A stretch of 64,000 bases of DNA, from NCBI RefSeq assembly GCF_009834535.1, contig NC_045707.1, forward strand, positions 48,796,001 to 48,860,000, read 5' to 3'. Shown in pieces: positions 27,103-37,808 of this stretch. A program made the position numbers and the translations under genes. Below the pieces are notes generated by a model, which ran no database searches, had not been told where the DNA came from, and worked only from the letters and a program-made list of their open reading frames with translations. Source of the stretch: Camelus ferus (Eukaryota). Every line of letters begins with the position of its first letter. Position 1 is the first letter of the stretch.

Positions 27103-28100
27103 CGGTCCAAAGCCTGTATTTTCAACCACTTGCAACACGGTTCCTGTCAGGTTTCCAGGGTTAGTTGTTGCTTCATGGGCCAATACATCATTGTAAGATT
27201 TGGGATGGGTAATATTCAAAGATGCTTTCATTCTAAAATCCCTCATAGACTAGTAGATCCCCTGGTTTGAAATAATCTATTCAGAGAGATCGTCTGGTAT
27301 TCTATTCTCTTTTGGCCATTACGTAGATTTCCATTCTACATCAATTCAGTTTTAAATATTGCTGTAAAAAGATGAGGGAGAGGCCTGGAGAGATCATTTG
27401 TTCTGCTAATTACACTTGGCCAGCGTTAATTCTTTTGAGTAGTTCTATTCTCCAGACAAATACATAGACTGAAAATCTGGGCCATTTTTATGGGACCTGA
27501 GCATTTTGTTGATAGGAACATGGCTTTTCTTCTCTTTAGTTAGTTAGACTAAAGCTTTCCAAGATTTTGCAATCACTTTTTAGATCTGTCAACTCACTGG
27601 CAAAAAAAAAAAAAAAAAAAAAAAAAAATTCCATCTGGCTTCTCATTTCTATTCCTTGGCATTTCCCCAGAAAAATTCTGGGATGAAGGTTCAATTTCAA
27701 ATTTTCTTAATGGCCTTTAGTCCTGAATACAATCCTCTTAATTCTAGGTTTATTATAATGACCTTTATTTGTGTAGATGGAAATCACAAGTACTGTGACC
27801 TCATGGCTATTAGGATGTATAAAGAGGTAATCAAATATTTTAGCCTTGAAAATGTCAAAATGTTGTCCAAATTCTTAACCAAGATTTGCTTACAAAAGGA
27901 GTTTATTTTACTTAAAAGAACGAGAAATCTAATGCCATTTGCTAAACTTTTTGATCATGGCTTAGATGTCACGATTTAGATCATTTCAGTGAGAGACACT
28001 GCCTGGTAAATAGACATCCAAGATTTTAGCAGGAAAGACTGCCATCAATGCAAATAAATTACCACACTTTCAAAAGCTGATGTGCCCACTAACATTATTT
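27103..28100 (-). other. Candidate endogenous parvoviral element: decayed NS1/Rep gene (endonuclease domain to start of SF3 helicase Walker A)
   Basis: Hand translation of the minus strand gives, in order: ILDVYLPG (28001-28024), LLL*ANLG*EFGQHFDIF (27848-27901), FIPEF/FLGK (27661-27687), CLENR (27444-27458), SLQASPSSFYSNI*N*ID (27340-27393), IPDDLS/NRLFQ (27267-27300), PKSYNDVLAHEATTNPG (27154-27204), NTGFGP (27103-27120). These parallel recalled Rep/NS1 motifs. Many stops and frameshifts. Confidence 0.65.
27602..27628 (+). repeat. Poly(A) run (27 nt) inside the candidate EPV
   Basis: Direct reading; no SINE/LINE body or TSD seen, so probably a slippage expansion. Confidence 0.9.
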
Positions 28101-28911
28101 CCCAGATACGTATTTTAAACAGCCCTTGGGGGAGAGTTTCTTGACTATTATAATCTTGAGAGCTACCTCTAACTCCCAGCTCACCACCATTTTCATTGCT
28201 GTTTCAGCTATTGCTAAGGTTGGAGTTTCCTCAACTATTGCCAGCATTGTTTTAACTATTCTAGGGTTGTACTTTCCCTCTGTTTACCTCGTTCCACTAT
28301 TTAAGTTATTAAGCTAAAAAGGTAATACTGTAAAAAAAAAAAAAAGTAAGCCTGATGAATGTCAGAAAGTAACTCTAGAGCAATTTTAGCTTATCTTTTT
28401 GCAATAGATACATTTCTAAATATTCTCAATTTCAAACAGGACAATCATTCTGAGTTTGCCTTCATCTCTAGCCTTTTTCTATCCTTCCCCAGACATAAGA
28501 AACAAGTGGAATTATATTTCACTTAGACTTTGAAAAAGCAATTTGGAGATACACTTCAGCGTGATGTGTAACCATGATAAGTGCCGCCCCACTCAGCACC
28601 AGAGAAGTCTTTCATTTCTGTACTTTTTTCTAAAGTGTATCTAATTCTCTTTGATGAAGTATCAGGCAGAAGTCTGCCAGGTTCCAAAAAATTCTTTTAC
28701 GGTAGAAATAAAATACTTTCTTTGTTTCTCAAGTAAACCCATCAAATAAACCTGCTGAGCTGAAGCATTAGATATGCAGATTCCAATAGCATGAGTCCAA
28801 GATCGCCCCCCTTGAGAGGGTGAGAATGTTCAGCTTAGGATAAATGAATTCTCTCTCACTTGCACCTTTTCCATCTCAAGTTTATTATTCATCCGGGATG
28901 TAAGCTTTGGT

Positions 28912-29015
28912 GCTCTCTCCTCTCTCCCTTCCTCTTCCTCTTCTTCTTCCTTCTTATTTTTCTTCTCCTTCTTCTTCTTCCTCTTCTCCTCCTCCTTCTT
29001 CCCTCCTCCTTCTCT
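28912..29015 (+). repeat. CT-rich low-complexity tract ((CTT)/(CCT)n)
   Basis: Nearly pure polypyrimidine tract of ~100 nt; it explains the spurious Arg/Lys-rich ORF at 28889-29071. Confidence 0.9.
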
Positions 29016-30004
29016 GCCGCTAAGTGTCTGGTTGAGTGATTACTTCTTTGATCTTTGGTATCTTCACACATAAGTAAAAGAAGACTGGAATAAATGAGCC
29101 CACAGTCTTTTGGGCTTGAAGATTCTGTGATTTTTTTTTTAACTGATTCAAGGCCACAAAGCTAGATTTGGGATCACCAGGTGTCTTGACTGCCTATCCC
29201 AGTATTCTTCCTATTGGTCCCCTTGATGAGTAGGAGCCAGAGATACAAGTAACCCAGGCAACTGCAGGGAGCAGGGCTAGATGTAAGCCGTCCTGCAGAG
29301 GTGGACTTGACTCACCTTGGGTTTTTGCCCCTTTCACAATCTCTCAACAGTTTATGGTTTCCAAATGGTCCACTCAGTCTCCAGTAGCCTTATCCTACCT
29401 GAAGGCTGCTCACAGGCATTGCTAAGAGGGACACCCTAGGCAGAGAATAATGCACAGGCTCTTCTCCCTTCTTATATTCTCAAGAAGAAACAGGTTACTC
29501 AGTTTTGTAGATGCAAACTGGTTCCCTCTTTTCCTTAGTTCAAAGACTTAATACATACTACCTACCCTTTTCCAGTGATCTCACCTCTACAGAATTCTCT
29601 CACCCCCATAATAAGCTCCCTCTGCCTTCTCTGGTCATATCTGATTTTACTATGACCTGAGATGAGTCAGTAATATTCTTTCCTTTAGAAGTATGAACAC
29701 TTTAAAGGAGACACAGAGATGAATGTGGTCACCCTGAGGCAGTGAACTAAAGATGAAATCCACCAACTCCTGGATGATGAGCAGAAGCCTACGAGTGGCT
29801 CTTTGTTAGTTTCCTTCTAAAACTGCATTGATTTGTTTGTTTGCTTTGGGGTTTTTTGTTTGTATGTTTATTATATATTTGTTGTTTGTTTTCTCTTCCT
29901 ATCTTACTTCCTTACAAGTAACACTGGTATCTTTCTAATGACTCTCTACGTTTAAATTAGCAAGAGTTGTTTTGGCTGTAACTCAAAGAACCTGCATTGA
30001 TTCA

Positions 30005-30290
30005 AGATGGTTTGCCTCCTTCAGATCCTTATTAAATGTCACCTCGCTCAGACTCCCTTAACTAATTTTTGAAATCTCTTCACACATCCTAGCACATTCC
30101 TCCATATTTGCTACCACCTAAAAGGCATATTTTATTTATTTACATTCTCTTATTATTATTTTACCCCTAATAGAATACAAGTTCCACGGAGGCAGATATT
30201 TCAGTCTTCTACTTTCAGTGCTTTATCTCAGGGCCTAGTATAGCCCCTGGCACATGTAAGTCACTTAATAAATACCTGCTGAATGCATAG
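30005..30290 (+). mobile_element. L2a 3' end
   Basis: tagaatacaagttccacggaggcag...cctagtatagcccctggcacatgtaagtcacttaataaatacctgctgaatg is a typical L2a terminus. Confidence 0.8.
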
Positions 30291-33200
30291 ACATTTATGG
30301 GACTAAAGTATTGGCGTACCATGTCTCTCTCTCACTCTGGAGTTTGAGTCTCCTAATAAACTCTTCTCCCTTCTTTCTCTTCTCTCTTTCTTCCTCTGTC
30401 TCTCTCTCTCTTTTTTCCACAAGGCCACTTTTGCCTGTTAGTTTGCCTTTTTTGCTAGTTGACAGATTTGTAGGATGACACAGAATAAAATTTTCCCTAT
30501 CAGATGTATGCCTAGGGCTCACCACTGTCACCTGTCTAATAATGTAGATTTAGGTATGGGCTTGGGGAAAACTCAGGCTGTCTTCAGTGCTGTTGGCCTC
30601 TGATGTCTGACCTTATTCTAGAAAAAGAGTGTCTTCCATTTGGGTCCCCCAGAGTAATAGAATAACATTGAGGAGGGGAATACTAGCTCAAATGAATTTG
30701 CATCTGTATGGCTTTGACTTCTGTGCATTTATTCTTCAGATGTCTGGGATGGAGCAGAGGAGTGGAAGGCAGAACAGAATAGAGACAGAGTGAGCCCTTG
30801 GTCTTGTCCACCACTCAACATCTTTTTCTCCCGGGATATTGAAAAGTTAAGAGAAAAGACCAATGTCAAGAAAACACAATAAACAGAAATAGCTTGATGA
30901 AGGCCAGATTCCTTGTTTCACATGTAATCTAACAGGTTTACTCATATTATTTTCAAAAAGTGCTAGAACATTCCATCCAAAGAAATAAAATAGGTTCACT
31001 TTTAGGATAAAATAAATATACACAAATTCTAGAAGATGACATAAACCTTTTTTTTTCGTTTAGGGACATCCTCTGTAATGCTTTTTTTCCTTTCTTACAG
31101 GAAACACAACAGGATTAGTAAATTGTGACATTTAAATCAGTTTTACTGAAGAGGAGAAAAATGGAACACCTGCAAAAACTCTTTTAAAAGCCTCCCACCC
31201 CACCCCACCCAGAAATCAGCCTACCTTGCTTTTATGTTTTGGACTACAGAATGAAGAAAACTTTGTGATCTAGTGTCTTAATTATTAGGTAGGAGAAATA
31301 CGAGACATACATTTAGATGTTACCAAGGGCCCAGAGTTTCTTACTAGTTCTTTCTGATCTGAAGGGAACTTCTTTTTTATTAGTTCACTCCTTCTGAACT
31401 GAAATATTTGATTTCTTAGCACCGTGTCTCTGTTCTCTACTCTAGCTCTCCCCCTAATCTCTGTGGAATGGATCCTTGTAGAAACTTCATGAAGGGAGGA
31501 AGTATCACTTAAAGAAATTTGCTAGAAATAACAAAAGCATATGAAATCATCCACTTACATTGTAAACCATGATGTGGGTCTAGTTGTTCCGAGATATTAT
31601 GAAGACTGCACATTTTTAATGAGGATCAACATTATCGATAAGGATAAACTTTGAGTATCATCTCATGAAAAAATCTACCACAGCTAAGAAATACAAGTCC
31701 TTATCATCACCTACTCCAAAATGTTAAAGGAGAAAGAGAACTTTTAAGGTGCTCAAATGACAGCAGTTTTCATATTCTTTAGCACCCTCCAACCCATATT
31801 TCATGCCTTAGATAACCTCTACTTGGCTTAATAATGATTGACCGAATATATCTGGCAAGGTGATCATTAGCAATAATTCTAACACTCCTTTGAAGGCCCA
31901 GTCTGATCACTCAATACTTAATACATCATACTTTCCCACGCCTGTGTCCAAATGCTTTGGGTGGATTTAAATGTCATTTTTTCCTGTAAAGTCTGTATTG
32001 CCTCCCATGGTGATATCAAATCACATTATCTTTTTTTGAACTTCTTCCTCCTTGTCCATCCTTCTCCACACACCTATATTTCTTTCTTTCTCTTCTCCAT
32101 CTGAACCCTATGACATTCACCGTGGTCTCTTGCCACATACCCCTTTGCATCTTGCATTAAGTTTATTTACACACCTCTTTTCCACCTATCTAGAAGATGA
32201 ATTCTGTGGAAGAGGTGTTAATCTCCCTTTATTCAAATGATTACTAAGGATAACACTTTTGCTGAGAAGTGTGCTTGGCTTGGGGGACACAACGTGGCTT
32301 CTCAACTGTAACTGATGTCTGCTAAATGGCCAAAGCATCTGTTGTGCTAGACCAGTGGGAAAGAGTAAAGTTTCCTTTCTCTACACTAGGGGAATAAGTT
32401 CACAATAATAAAGAAGCAAGCAAAATGAATTAACGCTAAAAACTAATTAATATCTTTCGCAAAGATGTTTCTAAGTTTCCCAAGAGATAGATGTGATGCG
32501 TGGAAATAGGGATCCTGTCAACACTGGAGCTGACGGTTTGCCTACAGCGCACCCCACCCATCCCGAGGGGCTTTTAAAATGGATCGTTATGATAGATTCC
32601 ATCTGGAGAAAATGGAAAGAAAATGACGATGCAGGTTTTTCGTTACAGTTCCCACAACTGGCATAGCAGCCAATTGGCAGAGTGTAAATTCCAGGTTTCT
32701 CTACTTTTCTCTCCCTTCTCATAAGCTATGGAAAGTTCTAAATTTTAAAGGACAACAAGGCTGTATTTCAAAGGTGACAGAGTGAAATTCTATGCTGTTC
32801 TCTCTACCTCAAGCTTAAGTAACTCTTTAACAACTGATCACAGTATATAGCAAAAGAACCGCCCCCCACCCCAGCTTTGAATACCTCTGCTGTAGGCCCT
32901 GGTCTCTCAGGAAGCACAAGGGAAAAGAAAATGGTTGAGATTGATCAGGAATCAAATTTTAATAAAAATTACAGAGTGAACATTTTCAGACCGTTATGTT
33001 TGAACAATTTGAATTAGAAGCACCATGAAGCCATGATAAAAGTGTACATTCCTGGGCTTCATCTCAAAGTTACTAAGTCAGAATCTCTGAAACGAAAGCT
33101 TAGGAACATGAAAGCTGGAAAAGTTCCCTGGATGATTCTCAGTTTTAAGCATTCCTTAGGAAAGGGTGTGGAAAAAATATTGAAAATTTCTAGAAGGAAT

Positions 33201-34885
33201 CCTCATTTTAAAACATGCTTCTTTTTATCTTTTTGGGTTATTTATGGAAGATATTTTAAAACTCTGAATGTTGATTATTGTTCTTCTAAGAATTTAGAAA
33301 CGGATAAAGCATATATTTACAGTTACTTTGAGGTACTTTCCCTAATATTCATGGAATGAATAAGTTAAAAGCAATGCAATTAAGTAGCCATTAAAGGACT
33401 TAAAAAGCAAAGACAAAAAAACCAAAACACACATTCTTGTATAAAGTTTATGATTTACGCAAAAATCCTCGAAATGACTGTAGGGAGTGAGTTGTCAACT
33501 TACAAAGCCAACAGCTTGTAGACTTTTTGAGCAGTTGAAAATGAATTTAACAGTGAAAATATTTATTGTCCTTTGGCTGAAAATATTATTTGAAATTAAT
33601 TTGTTTGGCTTGGGAGAAATTTGTGAAATGTATAGTGGATTATGTGGCCAGTTCTTTTGAGATTTCTAATATTTCAAATAAAATTTGCAATACTCTTCCT
33701 GAGGGAAAAAATGCTTAGTGGCAAGTACTCCTGGCCAAGTCACTTTGGATTCCAATAACTTTGCTTTGCTTTATAAGAATTCTTTTCTATAAAATATGTA
33801 TGCTTGTTCAATTTTCCCCTGGGACTTTTCTTTTTCTCTGACAATTCTCTTTAGCTAAATTCCAAGCAGATGTAAGAATAACTTTGATTATTATGGAAAA
33901 TAGACAAAGATGAAAATAATAATAATCATGTCATTTTAGATATAGCTCTCTTTATAAACAAAACACTTGAGCTCACTACAAACTTTCAGGTAAATTTGAA
34001 GAAACTATTTTGTAGTTTGAGAAGGCAAGGAAAAAGCTATTTTGAAAACCCAATGTCTATCAGTCCTTTCATTGATGTGTTAAGTCTGATTTCAGTGTGC
34101 AAAGACTGTACAAAAACAGTTTCAAAGGGCTTCTGACAGTAATCCAATATCGTGCTATCTCATGTGGCCCTGCTGACCAAATTTCCCACAGGCAGAATTA
34201 GAAAGTGTAAGTTTTTATAAAATTTTAATTTGATATTGGTCTTTCCTGATCGGTTTAGTAAAGTAAATCCATCTTTATTTACAGCAATCTCACACAGACA
34301 CAGACACACATACACACATACACACACACACAATAAAATATTCACGATTCTAGAAATAAGATCTTCAGAATCAACAGACACAGTTAAAATGATGTGTTAC
34401 ATATCATTCTCTAAAATCTTCACAGTATAAAAATCAAATATGAGAAAACAAACTATTCAAATTGGATTTAGGGAAAAGATTTGACTGTGGGACATTTCAG
34501 TTACAAACATAAGATATACCAAGCTCCTCTAATACCCTAGCACACACTTTGTACTTATTACATATAATTATTTCATAATAGCCTTAAACACAAATTATGG
34601 CAGAGAGTTGGAGTGGGTTTATTATAACAAATTAGTTTTTGAGAGACTGAATAACTGGCCAATAGACGGGGAACTAGTATGGCACCTGAGTTCTTCTGAA
34701 CTGTGGGGTAGACTAACTTTTCTATATCACTGGTATCTTTCATAGCACTTAGCAAGGTAAACGATTATTGAGTTACTGATCTAAAACTGAATTTTGTGAC
34801 ATTTCTTGGCTTAAAAACATGATCCAGTGGCCACATAATCAACCACTTTCCCTAATACTACTTTCTATTCATATCTTTCACATTG

Positions 34886-34890
<5 letters not shown>

Positions 34891-34923
<33 letters not shown>
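34891..34923 (+). repeat. (AC)16 microsatellite
   Basis: Perfect repeat read directly; an imperfect (CA)n also lies at ~34290-34332. Confidence 0.95.
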
Positions 34924-34926
<3 letters not shown>

Positions 34927-36849
34927 CCAGCTTATGTTAAGGCCATCAGCTATTGCCACCAAACTCTAAATAAATTACAAGCAAAGTAAATGATCAAAGA
35001 CAATGATCATTTCAAAATCTTTCTCCTCCTTGAACTTTCTGAAGTATTGAGCCCTGTATGATCCTGAGAGGTACAAAATTAGTGATGAGATTTTTTTTTA
35101 ATGCAAAAAATAGTTGATAACTTTTCCTTCAGACTACTAGCAAGTATCTTTTTAAAAAATTGGATAAAGAACAAAAAGCGTCTGTTTGAGGCTTTCACAA
35201 CACAGTTGCAATCACTTTATTTCTGCTTCCCTAATTTAGCAGATAGAGAGTGACGAATAGTTGGCAGTGCAGTTTATTTCTTCAGATTCAATAAATGAAA
35301 TTCACAGTGGTTTCTGGAATCCCCATTACTATACACTGGCACCAACCATAGAATAACAAAGCCGTATTTTATTTGGTTTTATTCAAGAAATGTAGGTTTG
35401 TGTTACACTTCTTTAGCACTTTAGTTATTGTGGCCAAACAATAGCACCAAATATTTTTTCTTTAGTGTTTCTAAGATAACTTTCTTTTTTGACACCTCAA
35501 TTAGAAATGGTATCCTTTTAATAGAAAAAGAAATAGCATCTTATCCAAAATTATGAATATGGAAAATATGGATGTGGTCTCTGGCCAGGAACATGAATGA
35601 TTATTCCAACAAGAAAACGAAAAGAACATTGTTATACAACAGCCTAGCTGTTTCTAAAAGGGTATCTGCCAAAGAAAAAGTCAGCCTTCCAATTACAGGT
35701 AGTGGACAAGATGTACACAGTGTAAGGTTGAGTCAAAAAGAGAAATTATTTGTTAAAAAAAACTGTGAGATATAACTGATAATATATATATAAATTAAAA
35801 ATGCATTCACATAAAAATACACATCTTAAAGGAACAAATACAAACAAAAAGGTGTATGTTTGTTATATTAAAATATTGTGCATGAGGAGAGGTATAAGAA
35901 AAATGAATGGTAAAGTGAAAAATATTAATAAAACTCAACTGAGGCCTTTATGGACAATGAACACAATCGTTCACGCTTAAAGTATGGCTAAATAAACAAA
36001 CAGAATGCCAGTTTCCTGATTCATTAAGATGTGTCTGAGGGACATTTTATGAACCAGCTTTTCATTGCAACTCTAGTAAGACCCTTCCCTTCTAGCATTC
36101 TGATTCGTATTCCTTCTAATGACACTGATATTGAAAGCTAACCTCCGATGATTGCCAACGTTCTGTGTTTTATATATTGATTTATATCTAATCTTCAAAA
36201 CAACCAATGAGATGTGTCATCATTACCTTTATTTTACTAATGAAAAAGATTGCGTGAATCAACCCAAGTCACAGCTGGCTAGGCACCTGACTCTGGAGTC
36301 CTGCCCAGCATTGTCCTCTAGTTCTCACTGAAATCTGGTATATAGCTGAAGTCAGAGCTTAGCATTTGATTATGTATCACCTTTAGCTGTCCTTTAAAAA
36401 ATAATTTGCCCTTCAGTGAGGAAACTACTATAACAATATTATTTAAAACTATTTTTCTTTAACATATTTTAAAATTTGAGAAAAATACAGAAAGTCCATG
36501 TTCATAGGTGATTTTTGTCCTAAAAGTTTTACTAAAGTATTTAGTAAAAAAGAGAGAGAAAAAAAAAAAAGAAAACCCTATACATAGAGAAATAATTAAT
36601 TGGAATAGTCAGTCCCAGAGAGTAGTTATAATCATTAGAACTGAAAATTCCTATTAAGATAAATGATAAATATGCTAGTTATTAATAATATTAAAATCGT
36701 ATATCCAATTCTCACAATGGAGAAAAGAGTTACAAATTAAATGCTTAAAATTCAAGGAGACAGGTGGCTTAAAATTATTTTGTTAGGAGTTAAAGTCTGA
36801 CTAAAAGGGCTATGAGAACTATTGACCAAATTTAGTTTCTATTCCTCGT

Positions 36850-37350
36850 CACATAAGCATCTGTTGAGCACCTATGATATACCAGCACAATGCTGCTAGT
36901 CAATGAGGACAAAAAGGAGGAAAAAAATGCCCGACATCAAGAGATTTGTAGCCTAGCAGAAAGAGAAACACTCATAAATTATTTTAGTTGAAATTGAGTC
37001 TACATTGGATGAGTAGTTTCTAACTGATCATATACTTATTTCTACAGGTGAGGTACGGGAAATACTGAAAGCCTTCATGGAGGAAATAATGCTGTATTTG
37101 AGTGTGTTCCATCGACAGATGGGTAGTAAGGGGTTTTTTGGTTGAGGAAGCATCATGAACAAGGCATGGAGTAAAGATAAAACAGTAAATTCAGAAAACT
37201 GTAAAAATCTGGGTAAGTCTACAGCAGAGGGCTTGTGGATGCAAGGTGGGGGACCCATCAAGACAGAGTGCTGGGGTAAGCAGTAGATAATCACGGAGGA
37301 GGTTCTCGTGCCAAAAAACATCTAGTTCATGCTTTCAATCAGGCAATTAT
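36850..37350 (-). mobile_element. L2 fragment
   Basis: aagcatctgttgagcacctatgatataccagcac...gccttcatggaggaaat..atttgag..gcatcatgaacaaggcatggag is the antisense L2 3' region. Confidence 0.65.
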
Positions 37351-37381
37351 ATATTTCTGGGTAAAAGACCATCACTTCATC

Positions 37382-37808
37382 TGTCCCAGCTCCAAACCTT
37401 TTTCTTATATGTAGAAAACTGCCTTTGACTATAATCTTGGTGGGGCTTACTAGCCCCTATTTCTTCTCTCCCCACCCTCATAAAGCCAGAATGGAGCTTG
37501 TGGCAGGCTTAGCCAAGGAGATGTGTGTTCTTGGTTTAGAATTCATCTGCAGTGGCCCCCAGGGAAGACTGTCAGTGAGTCCCTCTGGTTCCAGTGATGT
37601 TCAGCAACAGTGACAATGCTTTCTGGCCAGATTATTTCTATCTGCTTTCTAAAAGCCTCCTTATCTTCTGCCTGTTTTGCAAGTTCACTCTTCCACCCTC
37701 TTCTCATCTATGTAATTCCACCTATCACTTTCAAAGAAACCTTTTTTTTTTTTTTAAACACCGTGAATTGCTCTCTGGTGTTTACAGGCTAGGAGTTTAG
37801 TAGATAAA
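37382..37808 (+). mobile_element. ERVL-class 5' LTR (LTR33/LTR41-like)
   Basis: Starts TG; ends ctctctggtgtttacaggctaggagtttagtagataaa (cf. recalled GTTTCTGTTGCTTGCAACCAAGA..CTGATACA); directly followed by ERVL internal sequence. Confidence 0.55.

Noticed and set aside
27656..27979. 107-aa plus-strand ORF inside the unexplained segment
   Set aside because: No recognisable motifs; it is antisense to the NS1-like motifs.
27700..28080. APOBEC-type hypermutation as the cause of the many stops in the NS1-like frame
   Set aside because: Stop density is about what AT-rich random sequence gives and the dinucleotide contexts are mixed; it cannot be supported without an ancestral consensus.
27103..28320. 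Alternative identities for the segment (ERV env, foamy/Gypsy gag, MaLR internal, bornavirus N, filovirus VP35)
   Set aside because: Only isolated chance resemblances (CLENR, KYNPR); none gave a colinear motif series, unlike parvoviral NS1. Comparison was from memory only.
28889..29071. Protamine-like Arg/Lys-rich ORF
   Set aside because: It is a translation of a CT-rich simple repeat, with no gene structure.
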